Numbered from the stretch's first letter, positions 1-9,053 are shown. The stretch is DNA of 64,000 nt from Chitinophagales bacterium (GCA_038211085.1 JBBQVY010000001.1:43-64042); one strand, 5' to 3'. The notes: generated from the sequence alone by a model not told the origin. Program-made: numbers and translations.

Positions 1-376
1 TAGTAATGTGTGAGAACGATGGACCGGTTATAGTGCTGTCAACAAAGTTGGATTGTAAAATTTGCTGGCCCAGGTTACCGTAAATGGGGTTGGGTTGAAA
101 AAAGGTAATCACACCGCCTTTACCGGAATTTCTAACAGTGCTTCCATCAGCCAAAATTCCCTTTTCGTCGTTGATCCATATCTTACCTAAAAAGAAAAGC
201 TGGCCCTTTTCTTTAATGCTTATGTTGCCATTGTTTTTCAGGTAGCCAAAAATTCCCGCAGGAATAGTGTTACCAAAATAGATAGTAGATCCTTCAGGTA
301 TATACATCATCTCCTGCCCAAACAATTGCCCGGCAACAAGTAAACCAGTTAAATATATGAGTAGTAGTTTCTTCAC
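1..376 (-). CDS. Secreted protein, N-terminal fragment; the gene runs off the left edge
   Basis: My own translation of the minus strand. GTG at 376 is followed by KKLLLIYLTGLLVAGQLFGQ, which looks like a signal peptide. The frame stays open to position 1. It is absent from the ORF track because it is truncated by the window edge. Confidence 0.45.
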   Translation of the reverse strand, partial: MKKLLLIYLTGLLVAGQLFGQEMMYIPEGSTIYFGNTIPAGIFGYLKNNGNISIKEKGQLFFLGKIWINDEKGILADGSTVRNSGKGGVITFFQPNPIYGNLGQQILQSNFVDSTITGPSFSHIT

Positions 377-497
377 TAATTGCAGTCGTTTGCCTTTTTA
401 AAACAGTAGCGAATTTTTTTTATAATCTTTATAGTAAGCTGCTTTAAAAACCTACTTTCAAAATAAGTAATACACGAACTGGCGCTTGAACTCTTTC

Positions 498-2498
498 TTA
501 AAACTCCATAACGGTCACATAAAAATCGGCTTCATTTCCATTACCGGGATTTAGTTTTTGGTCGTCCGGGCCATCTACTGACATAGCAACTTGTATTGTT
601 GTTGCATTCAACACCCTGGCCCAATGTATTTTGGTACGTGTCAAAATTTGCTTTGCCGGCGAAACGGTTACTGTGGAAGTTAAAGACAAGTTTGCCCCTG
701 CTATTACAAAAGTGAATATTTGTGGTGTACCGACTCTAAGCCAAACAGGTGCTTCTGTTATCTCTATGTGGTAAGCCTTTATTTTGATAGGTATACTGGA
801 AGAAACGTTTACTGAATTGAGCGTTACTTTACCAGTGGCATTAACTGACAGGTATTTATCGGTATTTAAATCGGGAGCTGTTGCAGAGGTAAGGCCCAAT
901 GTAAGATTACTTGTAAAACCAGTTGCCCCTGATACCGTTGCACCATTGGCAAATGTTTTTAATCCCCCCAAAGTTTGTGCGGTAGTTGTAATTGCTCCCC
1001 TGTTTGTGGCAGAGGCATCAGGCAAGTTCCATGTAGCCGTATTTCCCGATGATGATAAATTAAAATCACTTCCTGCAGTTCCCGTATTATACGTTAAGGC
1101 AGGACCAGTCATGGTGTTTCCCCCTGCTGTTACACTAACTAACGCATTCAGTGTATTTAAGGTGACCTTTCCGGCAGCATCAACCGATAAATATTTATTG
1201 GTTTGCGCAGCGGCAGTTGTACCTGATGTTACACCAAGTGTCAGGTCACTGGTACTGGCGGTTGGACCAGATACGGTAAGTCCATTATTGGCAGTTGTTC
1301 CTCCGTTCAAAATTGATCCGTTGTTTACAATCACTCCATTTGCCAGCGTTTTCAATCCCCCAAAAGTTTGTGCGTTATAAGTAACAGCACCTCTTGCCGT
1401 TGCAGACGCATCGGGCAAATTCCATGTAGCAGTATTGCCAGAACCTGTAATGGAAAAATCAGTACCTGTAGTTGAGGCAAGATAAGTGAGTGCAGGCCCT
1501 GTCATAGTTACGCCACCGGCCGTTACACTTGTCAATGTATTTAGGGCATTCAGGGTAACCTTACCTGTTGCATCAACTGATAAGTATTTGGTGGTTTGTG
1601 CGGCAGCGGCTGTTGCAGAAGTAAGGCCTATAGTAAGATTACTGGCTGAGCTGGTAGCACCCAAAACACTTACACCCGTATTGAATGTTTTGATACCCAG
1701 GAAAGCTTGCGATGCGGTGTTTACCAAACCTCTTGCAGTTGCAGAGGCATCCGGAAAATTCCATGTAGCCGTGCTGCCCGAAGTTGTTATAGAAAAATCG
1801 GTACCAGTAATTGAGGTATTGTAAATAAGATCAGGACCGGACATTAAGGTTCCACCAGCAGTCACAGAATTGATTACGTTCAAAGCATTCAATGTAACTT
1901 TTCCTGTTGCATCAACTGACAAATACTTGGTTGTTTGTGCGGCCGCTGTAGTAGCCGATGTAAGACCCAAAGTAAGGTTACTAGCTGAGCCGGTAGCACC
2001 TAAAACACTCACACCCGTGTTAAATGTTTTAATTCCTAAAAATGCCTGGGAAGAAGTATTAATAACACCCCTTGCAGTTGCAGAAGCATCAGGCAAATTC
2101 CATGTAGCCGTGTTGCCAGAAGATGAAACATTAAAATCAGTCCCGGTAGTACTTGTATTAAATGTTAGTGCAGGTCCTAAGATGGGTGCTCCGCCAGCCG
2201 TTATACTTGCAATGGCTGTTTCTAAAAATACAACCCAGGCATTGTTTGATCTCAGGAGTAATTTGCCGGAAGGCGCATAATAAATAATCAATCCATTTGG
2301 AGGATTTAAAGCTCTTATCCCTGTAATAGAAGTATCTGAAACTCTTGGCAACCATAAGCCTTGCCGGCCATTACTTCCTTTTAAATCAAGAGCCACTGAT
2401 TTATCCTGTATGGTGGGTTGGTCTCCTATCTTCAACTGAGCACTAGCATGAAACATGAGGAATGTCACCACAATTAATAAAAACAGCTTAACATTCAT
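498..2498 (-). CDS. Secreted surface protein with four tail-fibre-like tandem repeats
   Basis: ORF 498..2552. I place the start at ATG 2498 (MNVKLFLLIVVTFLMFHASAQ signal peptide). After an N-terminal module (LKIGDQP...LPRVSDT...PPNGLIIYY) come four repeats of 113-131 aa. Each repeat carries PDASAT-x-RG...Q-x-[FL]-x-G-x-KT[FL]. Confidence 0.8.
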   Translation of the reverse strand: MNVKLFLLIVVTFLMFHASAQLKIGDQPTIQDKSVALDLKGSNGRQGLWLPRVSDTSITGIRALNPPNGLIIYYAPSGKLLLRSNNAWVVFLETAIASITAGGAPILGPALTFNTSTTGTDFNVSSSGNTATWNLPDASATARGVINTSSQAFLGIKTFNTGVSVLGATGSASNLTLGLTSATTAAAQTTKYLSVDATGKVTLNALNVINSVTAGGTLMSGPDLIYNTSITGTDFSITTSGSTATWNFPDASATARGLVNTASQAFLGIKTFNTGVSVLGATSSASNLTIGLTSATAAAAQTTKYLSVDATGKVTLNALNTLTSVTAGGVTMTGPALTYLASTTGTDFSITGSGNTATWNLPDASATARGAVTYNAQTFGGLKTLANGVIVNNGSILNGGTTANNGLTVSGPTASTSDLTLGVTSGTTAAAQTNKYLSVDAAGKVTLNTLNALVSVTAGGNTMTGPALTYNTGTAGSDFNLSSSGNTATWNLPDASATNRGAITTTAQTLGGLKTFANGATVSGATGFTSNLTLGLTSATAPDLNTDKYLSVNATGKVTLNSVNVSSSIPIKIKAYHIEITEAPVWLRVGTPQIFTFVIAGANLSLTSTVTVSPAKQILTRTKIHWARVLNATTIQVAMSVDGPDDQKLNPGNGNEADFYVTVMEF
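795..2204 (-). repeat. Four in-frame tandem coding repeats (339, 339, 393 and 339 nt)
   Basis: Repeat boundaries at aa 117, 230, 343, 474 and 586 of the 684-aa track ORF, from direct alignment of the translation. Units 1 and 2 are about 79% identical as protein. Many synonymous differences are visible in the DNA. Confidence 0.85.
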
Positions 2499-2601
2499 TG
2501 TTCTACTTTTAAAAGTGCTCAACTGGTGGTAATCCAATTTAGGTATGAACAACTTTAAGCCTTCGAAGGCCTAAAGTCATTCATAATTTTTAGTTGATGG
2601 C

Positions 2602-3747
2602 TTATTTAATGATGTACCATTTGTTACCATCTGTCTGAACTTTTACAACAGTCCAATCATTGTAAAGACTGAATGAAGTACCATCTTCTATAGCACCACT
2701 AACAATTACATCGTTGGCCAAATCACCGGCGATTTTTTTGATTACATAGGTTCTCCCGCTAATTGACGCAGAAGGAGCTGGTAGGGTTACTGTTACTGCA
2801 CCGCCGGCTGCATTTACCAATACAGTATAGTCGCTGGCAGTTAAGCTTGTGCTGGCAGTAATTGTTTTAATGCTAAGCGACAAACTTCCCTGAACCTGTA
2901 AAGTAGAGTTGGCACTACCTGTTGCACCAACCATTAATGTTTGTGCTGCAGTTAATGAGTCCTGGAAAGTTTTATGTCCACCGAATGTTTGCGCCGTAAT
3001 TGAAACACCACCCGCTGTAGTTGCAGAAGCAGCATGCAGTACCAGTGTATCCACACCATTAACACCAGCACCAACCTGGCGTGTTATACCAGCTGCATTG
3101 GTTGTTTCACTAAAGGGTCCTACAATCCAGCTTTTAAACGCATCATTGGAGATGGTTCTTCTTCTAACTGATCCGTCAGTGGTATCTATTACAAGCATTT
3201 CAGTAAGAGATGTAGTAGTATTTAGTTTGTTGAAGGTTACACTGTCAGCAACCACCAATCTGCCGGAGGTTGTAGTATCAGCAACATTTAATGATTTACT
3301 GATATTCACGTTTCCAGAGTTACCATCAATATTCAATCTTTCAATATTGTTGGTAATCATACGGATGGTTTGAGCATTCAACGATCCGAATTTTTCGGTA
3401 CCATATAATACGTCACCTGATTTTGACCATTTGTCAAGAGCGATAGAGTCGGCTACAAAACGCTGCCAGATGCCTGATTTACGAATATATAATCCTCTGC
3501 CTGCTGCTGAAGGAGAAGCCAGGTAAATCAACATACCATCCGGAGGTGTCAATGCATTGATTGCAGTGGTATCACTTAAGCGGGGAAGCAGGAAACCCTG
3601 CTTGTCACTCTCCAGTTCCAGGATGGATGACTTATTAATTACTGTTGGGTTGGTTCCGATTTTTAACTGGGCAAACGATGATGTTGCAGAAATTAAAAAC
3701 ACAACGGCCAAGACGGTTTTTAAAATGGATTTGTAAAGGTTTTTCAT
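2602..3747 (-). CDS. Secreted surface protein sharing its N-terminal module and ASAT...AQTFGGHKTF motif with the downstream repeat protein
   Basis: Signal peptide MKNLYKSILKTVLAVVFLISATSSFAQ. Then LKIGTNPT...LLPRLSDT...PPDGMLIYL, parallel to 498..2498. Also a single HAASATTAGGVSITAQTFGGHKTF motif. Confidence 0.75.
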   Translation of the reverse strand: MKNLYKSILKTVLAVVFLISATSSFAQLKIGTNPTVINKSSILELESDKQGFLLPRLSDTTAINALTPPDGMLIYLASPSAAGRGLYIRKSGIWQRFVADSIALDKWSKSGDVLYGTEKFGSLNAQTIRMITNNIERLNIDGNSGNVNISKSLNVADTTTSGRLVVADSVTFNKLNTTTSLTEMLVIDTTDGSVRRRTISNDAFKSWIVGPFSETTNAAGITRQVGAGVNGVDTLVLHAASATTAGGVSITAQTFGGHKTFQDSLTAAQTLMVGATGSANSTLQVQGSLSLSIKTITASTSLTASDYTVLVNAAGGAVTVTLPAPSASISGRTYVIKKIAGDLANDVIVSGAIEDGTSFSLYNDWTVVKVQTDGNKWYIIK

Positions 3748-4026
3748 GTTTGATTATTTGTTTTGAAATTGGATTTTTAAAGAAGCTAATGCTACCATTT
3801 ATGCTAATGCATTATTAATTCTGGTGTAAGTTGTTAAAACTTTTGTAACAAAAAGGTTTACAATCCTTAGGGTTATTAATTAATCCTGAGGAAACAACCT
3901 GGTTATTCCATGTCCAATAAGTAGAAATATCCATCTATGGTAAACCAGTCTTTCGTGCCTCACACCTTTTAAAAAAACTATCAAATTCAGTACAATAAAA
4001 GAATTTATTTTTCGTACACATAGTAT

Positions 4027-5049
4027 ATGAAAAACAAATTATTGATCATTGGGTTTGTCTTTTTATTATGCATCAAACTATATGCGCAACAGCGTCCACA
4101 CTATACTCAATATGTTCTAAACAGCTTCATACTTAATCCTGCTATAGCCGGTATAGAAAATTATACTGATGTAAAAATGAGCCACCGCCATCAATGGGTA
4201 GGCTTGCTAGATGCACCCGTAACTACATACTTAACCATACAGGCACCCACTAAGAAAACTGCATATGAGCGTGAAAGTGTAACCGGCTTTAAAGCGTCCG
4301 GCGAAAACCCGCGTGGTAAAGCTTATTGGCAGGAGTATACAAAGGCCGAAGCCCACCAGGGTGTTGGATTTACCATGATCAACGACCAGACAGGACCCTT
4401 AAAAAGATTTTCTGTAGCAGCTACATACGCCTATCATGTAGGCATAAGCGACCAAACAAATGTAAGTGCAGGCATCTCAGCGGGCATACAAAATATGACA
4501 CTCAACGTTTCAAAACTGGTATGGGATGTACCCATGGACCCATCTGTAGCCGGCAGTGGATATTTAAACAGGATCAGTCCTGATTTGAGTGCCGGCGTGT
4601 ATGTTTATTCAGCCAATTATTTTGCTGGCTTAAGTGGACAGCAAATACTTCCATCAAGGCTTAAATGGTCAGAAGATACTCTTAGGTTATCCGGAGGAAG
4701 ATTGATACCACATTTGTTTTTTACTGCAGGTTATAAATTGTATTTGGGTGATGATTTTACACTGTTACCAAGCATCATGACAAAGTATGTAAACCCGGCT
4801 CCTATTGGTATAGAAGCCAATGCAAAACTTCAATACAGAGACCTGATGTGGGCAGGTACCAGCTACAGGTTTAAAGACGGCTTTGCTGCAATGATTGGGA
4901 TGAATATTAGCAACTCCTTCAACGTAGGTTACTCATATGATGTTACTACAACACGCCTTAATACGGTAAGCCGTGGTACCCACGAATTATTGGTAGGCTT
5001 TACCCTGGGCAATAGCTACGGCGACTGGTGCCCAAGAAACTTATGGTAA
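4027..5049 (+). CDS. PorP/SprF family type IX secretion system membrane protein
   Basis: Signal peptide, then the family hallmark QQRPHYTQYVLNSFILNPAIAGIE. Length is about 340 aa with a beta-barrel-like C terminus. Confidence 0.85.
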   Translation: MKNKLLIIGFVFLLCIKLYAQQRPHYTQYVLNSFILNPAIAGIENYTDVKMSHRHQWVGLLDAPVTTYLTIQAPTKKTAYERESVTGFKASGENPRGKAYWQEYTKAEAHQGVGFTMINDQTGPLKRFSVAATYAYHVGISDQTNVSAGISAGIQNMTLNVSKLVWDVPMDPSVAGSGYLNRISPDLSAGVYVYSANYFAGLSGQQILPSRLKWSEDTLRLSGGRLIPHLFFTAGYKLYLGDDFTLLPSIMTKYVNPAPIGIEANAKLQYRDLMWAGTSYRFKDGFAAMIGMNISNSFNVGYSYDVTTTRLNTVSRGTHELLVGFTLGNSYGDWCPRNLW

Positions 5050-5260
5050 TTTTTATAGCCGTTCGTTTTTTTAGTTGTTAACGCCGACAACAAAAATTGC
5101 TAAACAATACATCTTGATGCCACAAAGTTTTGCTATACTTAGCAAAGGATAAAGGAAATGATTTTTATATATCGAGCCTCCTCATTGCGAGTTATTAATT
5201 TGGGGTTCCCAAAAAAGTTCTTTGAAGATGACACAGCATAAATCCTCAAATTTCAAAGTT

Positions 5261-5385
5261 TTTTTCACGCAAAGCCGCAAAGAGCTTCACGCAAAGAAGT
5301 AATAAGTGTCTTTATTTGCATGATTTCAAAGATTTTTCTTTGCGTCCTTTGCGTGGGTTTTACTTTGCGTCTTTGCGTGAAAAAC
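5261..5385. repeat. Nested inverted repeat built from CACGCAAAG / CTTTGCGTG words
   Basis: Outer arms are tttttcacgcaaagccgcaaag (5261-5282) and ctttgcgtctttgcgtgaaaaa (5363-5384), 21/22 complementary. Inner arms are cttcacgcaaagaag (5285-5299) and ttctttgcgtcctttgcgtggg (5337-5358). Confidence 0.8.
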
Positions 5386-5630
5386 ATAGATGTGTTATTA
5401 GCAGCGGTTAAACCACGTGACTTCCAATACAAGTGATTTTTGAAGACATCGCCAGAGTGTTGGAAAAAACTAAATCGGCTTTTTACCACCCCTGATTTTA
5501 TGCTGCGCATATAATCTGTCCCCTCCTTAAAAAAGGAGGGGAAACCTTTATCACAAAGCCTTTCATTGCACAAGCCCATCAATCAAATTGTTTAAAAATG
5601 TGTCATTGGCAGGAACGAAGCAATCTCAAA

Positions 5631-5728
5631 CCTCACACCTCCTATCTCAGTACTCACCACTGACTACTACTCACTACTCACCACTAACTACTAACTACTG
5701 ACTACCGACTCTTCTTCTACCTCCTTTG
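5631..5728 (+). repeat. Heptanucleotide-periodic G-poor tract (consensus NACTACT) upstream of the POT transporter gene
   Basis: Reading in 7-nt steps from 5651 gives TACTCAC CACTGAC TACTACT CACTACT CACCACT AACTACT AACTACT GACTACC GACTCTT. There are only about 5 G in about 100 nt. The tract ends about 45 nt before ATG 5773. Confidence 0.85.
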
Positions 5729-5772
5729 CTTTAACTTCATTAACCCAAGCAGATAACTTTTAAAAACATCAA

Positions 5773-7272
5773 ATGGATCTTACGGAGCGCACCCAGCCTA
5801 TAGCAACAACAACCAATAAACATCCCCGGCAATTATACCTGCTGTTTTTTACCGAAATGTGGGAGCGGTTTTCGTTCTATGGAATGAAGGCTTTGTTATT
5901 GGCCTACATGGTTACACAATTAAAATTTGATGAACCAAAAGGTTATGCAATACTGGGTTCGTATGCTGCATTGGTATACACGATGCCCATGTTTGGCGGC
6001 ATGATCGCAGACCGCTTTCTTGGCTATAGAAAAGCAATTTTATTTGGAGGAATTTTGATGACCATTGGCCACTTTGTTTTGGCCATACCGCAGGGCTGGA
6101 GTTTTTTTTTTGGTATGGCGTTTATCATTTGCGGTAATGGCTTTTTTAAACCAAACATCAGCAGCCTGGTAGGTACGTTGTACAGCAATAATGATCCACG
6201 TAAAGACAGCGCCTTTTCTATCTTTTACATGGGTATAAACATTGGTGCAGCGTTGGGTGGTTTATTGTGTGGTTATGTAGGTCAAAAAATAAACTGGCAT
6301 TATGGCTTTGGCCTGGCGGGCATATTTATGATACTGGGATTAGTAGTATTTGCCATTGGTAAAAGTTCTTTGGGCGATAGAGGCTTGCCGCCTAATGTTG
6401 CCTCTCTCAGGCAAGCACGTTTTGGCATATTTACAACAGAACATGTTATTTACCTTGGGTCGCTTGCTTTAGTACCAGTTGTAGTGGCTTTGTTTCATCA
6501 ATACCAACTAATGGATTACATTATGTTTGGATTGGGAATCGCTTCGCTGGTTTATATTTTATACATCGCGTTTCAGCTTGATAAGGTGGCCAAATTTAAA
6601 TTACTGGCAGCCCTCATCATGATTGTATTTTCAACGCTTTTCTGGGCCTTTTACGAGCAAAATTCAGGCTCTTTAAACCTGTTTGCTATGCGCAATGTAA
6701 ATATGCAGGTGGGCAATATGGAACTACCTGCATTAGCTGTAAACAACTTTCTGCCCCCTGGTTGGGTAATTATTTTAAGTATTGGCTTTGCATGGCTTTG
6801 GCCATGGCTTAATAAAAAAGGTATTGAACCTTCCACACCATTAAAATTTGCTTTCTCCTTTATTTTAATGGGCATTGGCTTTTATGTATTTTACCTGGGT
6901 TGCGCTACAAGTACCCAAACAGGTTTAATACCACTGGTTACTTTTATAGGTGGTTATTTTTTTATTATTAGTGGCGAGATGTGCCTCTCCCCCATTGGCC
7001 TGTCTATGGTAACCAAACTTGCACCCGTAAAAATTGTTTCAATGATGATGGGCATTTGGTTTTTTGCCAGTGCCATTGGAGAATTTTTAGCAGCAAAAAT
7101 TGGGGCACTCATGAGCGTACCCGAAGCAATAGCAAATGCAAACAACCCGGCAACGTCACTTCCTTTTTATGCAACTATTTTAAGCAGAATAGGGATGGGC
7201 TCCATTGCAATAGGCTTGATTTTGGTTTGCTTTGTACCGGTAATAAGAAAATGGATGGCTGATATAAGATGA
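5773..7272 (+). CDS. Proton-dependent oligopeptide transporter (POT/PTR2 family, DtpT-like)
   Basis: PTR2 signature region FFTEMWERFSFYGMKALLLAYM, about 14 predicted TM segments, 499 aa. Confidence 0.9.
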   Translation: MDLTERTQPIATTTNKHPRQLYLLFFTEMWERFSFYGMKALLLAYMVTQLKFDEPKGYAILGSYAALVYTMPMFGGMIADRFLGYRKAILFGGILMTIGHFVLAIPQGWSFFFGMAFIICGNGFFKPNISSLVGTLYSNNDPRKDSAFSIFYMGINIGAALGGLLCGYVGQKINWHYGFGLAGIFMILGLVVFAIGKSSLGDRGLPPNVASLRQARFGIFTTEHVIYLGSLALVPVVVALFHQYQLMDYIMFGLGIASLVYILYIAFQLDKVAKFKLLAALIMIVFSTLFWAFYEQNSGSLNLFAMRNVNMQVGNMELPALAVNNFLPPGWVIILSIGFAWLWPWLNKKGIEPSTPLKFAFSFILMGIGFYVFYLGCATSTQTGLIPLVTFIGGYFFIISGEMCLSPIGLSMVTKLAPVKIVSMMMGIWFFASAIGEFLAAKIGALMSVPEAIANANNPATSLPFYATILSRIGMGSIAIGLILVCFVPVIRKWMADIR

Positions 7273-7386
7273 AGGCAAAGCCTGGCTCGATAGAAAAGGA
7301 ATTTAGTTTTATAACAGGTTCCAAATCGTTGCAAAGTTGCGGCAGCCTGTATTCTTTCAAAAAAGCAAAAATGCCACCAACCTTAT

Positions 7387-7842
7387 ATGAAAAAGAATTT
7401 ATTTGATGCTGCTGTAAAGGATGAACTGATTAAAAGATCACTACAACTTAAACCAGATAGCCAGCCGGCATGGGGTAGCATGACGCCTGTTGAAATGCTA
7501 CGCCATTGCAGCGAAGCCGTTTATTCAACATTAATTGCAAGGCCTTCTGTTAGCCCTTCTACCATAAAGCAGAAGGTCATAAAATTTGTAATGATTAACA
7601 TTATTCCAAAGCTTCCACAAGGTGCTAAAGCCCCTAAGCACATCAACATGGCATTACAACCGTTTACACTTGAAACGTTTGAAAAAGAATTGGAAAATTT
7701 TGCAAAAGCTATAGATACCCTTCAACACCATAGTACACCCATCACCAATAAACATCCTTATTTCGGCACCATGAGCAACAAAGAATGGGGCATTGTTTCG
7801 TGGATGCATATGGACCATCACTTACGCCAATTTGGAGTTTAA
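7387..7842 (+). CDS. DUF1569 (DinB-like) family protein
   Basis: 151 aa ending HPYFGTMSNKEWGIVSWMHMDHHLRQFGV, the typical DUF1569 C terminus. Confidence 0.65.
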   Translation: MKKNLFDAAVKDELIKRSLQLKPDSQPAWGSMTPVEMLRHCSEAVYSTLIARPSVSPSTIKQKVIKFVMINIIPKLPQGAKAPKHINMALQPFTLETFEKELENFAKAIDTLQHHSTPITNKHPYFGTMSNKEWGIVSWMHMDHHLRQFGV

Positions 7843-7850
7843 TGGAGTAC

Positions 7851-9053
7851 TTAGATAAAGGAAAGATGCCTGTATGTTTCTCCAAGAATAGCTTTGTCAT
7901 CAACCCCTAACCATTTGTTTAAAATAGTGGCATAGACTTGTTTAAAGTCTACCTCGTAATTAAGGTCTCCTTCAGTTAATGTAGTTAAATCAGGCATGGC
8001 ATTGAGCAAGCCTTGTTGCTTTAATCCACCACTTACTAAAAACATATTATTAGCGGTGCCATGGTCGGTACCACCGCTGGCATTTTGAGCTACCCTTCGT
8101 CCAAATTCGCTAAAGCTAAAGAGCAGTACATCTTCAAACCGATTGCTTTTTTTCAGATCGTTTACAAATGCACTTACAGCTTCGTTCATTTCAGTAAACA
8201 AACGTTGCTGTTGATTTCCCTGGTTAACATGGGTATCAAAACTACCCAGGCTTAGGTAATACACTTTGGTGTTGATCTCTGAGAAAATGAGCGAAGCAAT
8301 TGTTTGCAAACTATTACCCAGCTCGCTTTTAGGGTAAGCACTATTGGTAGGGTGTAACCTGCTTTGCTTGTAGATGTAATCGGCACTGCTGAGTGTTTCA
8401 GCCATAGTTTTATATAGGTAGTCTGCTGGTTGCTCGTCATGATGATGATCTGAATAATTTTTGCTGATGTCTTTATAAAATTGCGCATTGCTGGTACCAA
8501 ATAACCTGCGTGGATCTTTAAAAGCAAGACCCTTATTATTGTTGCCCTTTAAAGCAAGACTTAGAACATCATCCAACTCTAATGCCTGTGTTGGCTTGTC
8601 GCAACAATGGCATTGTGCATCAAGATACCTGCCCACCCAACCCGTGTCGAAATATTGATTGCTTTTACTACCGCTTTGCCAAATATCCATACTCCTAAAA
8701 TGGCTGCGGTCGGGGTTGGGGTAGCCCACACTATTTAAAATGCCAAGGCTTCCATCATCAAATAAATTTTTAAACCCTGTTAGTGCCGGGTGAAGACCTG
8801 CTTCGTCTGTTAATCTTAAAGCTTTAGCCTTGTCAATACCCAGCCCCGGTCTTTCACGATAATAGACATCGTTTCGATAAGGGATGACGGTATTTAGTCC
8901 ATCGTTGCCACCGCTTAACTGCAAAACCACCACTACCTTATTGCCTGCAGGAACAGCATTCGGCTGCTCGAAAGCTTTTAAAAACTTAGGCATCATAACC
9001 GATGCTGTTGCCAAAGAACCCACCTGTAAAAATTGCCTGCGCCTTATTAACAT
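7851..9053 (-). CDS. DUF1501 domain protein (sulfatase-fold) with a Tat signal
   Basis: Twin-arginine N terminus MLIRRRQFLQVGSLATASVMM. GGNDGLNTV and GGTDHG motifs typical of DUF1501. Directly downstream of a DUF1800 gene. Confidence 0.8.
   Translation of the reverse strand: MLIRRRQFLQVGSLATASVMMPKFLKAFEQPNAVPAGNKVVVVLQLSGGNDGLNTVIPYRNDVYYRERPGLGIDKAKALRLTDEAGLHPALTGFKNLFDDGSLGILNSVGYPNPDRSHFRSMDIWQSGSKSNQYFDTGWVGRYLDAQCHCCDKPTQALELDDVLSLALKGNNNKGLAFKDPRRLFGTSNAQFYKDISKNYSDHHHDEQPADYLYKTMAETLSSADYIYKQSRLHPTNSAYPKSELGNSLQTIASLIFSEINTKVYYLSLGSFDTHVNQGNQQQRLFTEMNEAVSAFVNDLKKSNRFEDVLLFSFSEFGRRVAQNASGGTDHGTANNMFLVSGGLKQQGLLNAMPDLTTLTEGDLNYEVDFKQVYATILNKWLGVDDKAILGETYRHLSFI

Noticed and set aside
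784-2280. Three long + strand ORFs (784..1380, 1486..1824, 1870..2280) with a repeated TDKYL-VCAAA motif
   Set aside because: They are the antisense reading of the four-repeat surface protein gene. Their internal repetition mirrors the sense-strand repeats. They lack signal or start context, and the sense ORF is far longer and coherent.
2559-2570. Perfect 12-bp palindrome gccttcgaaggc between the two surface-protein genes
   Set aside because: It forms only a 4-bp stem with a 4-nt loop as RNA and has no T run. It may be a weak intercistronic hairpin, but it is too short to call a terminator or an operator.
498-3747. Tail-fibre-like motifs as evidence of a prophage
   Set aside because: There are no capsid, terminase, baseplate, integrase or lysis genes anywhere nearby. 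Both proteins have Sec signal peptides and sit next to a T9SS gene, so cellular surface proteins are more likely.
5265-5582. 105-aa minus-strand ORF in the PorP-POT intergenic region
   Set aside because: It is read straight through the CACGCAAAG inverted repeat and the CCCCTCC hairpin. The composition is repeat-driven and nothing about it looks protein-like.
5631-5728. Heptad tracts as possible CRISPR arrays or coding low-complexity regions
   Set aside because: The period is 7 nt with no spacers, so they are not CRISPR. Seven is not a multiple of three, and all frames are broken or nonsensical, so they are not coding, except where a tract incidentally extends a neighbouring ORF's 3' end.
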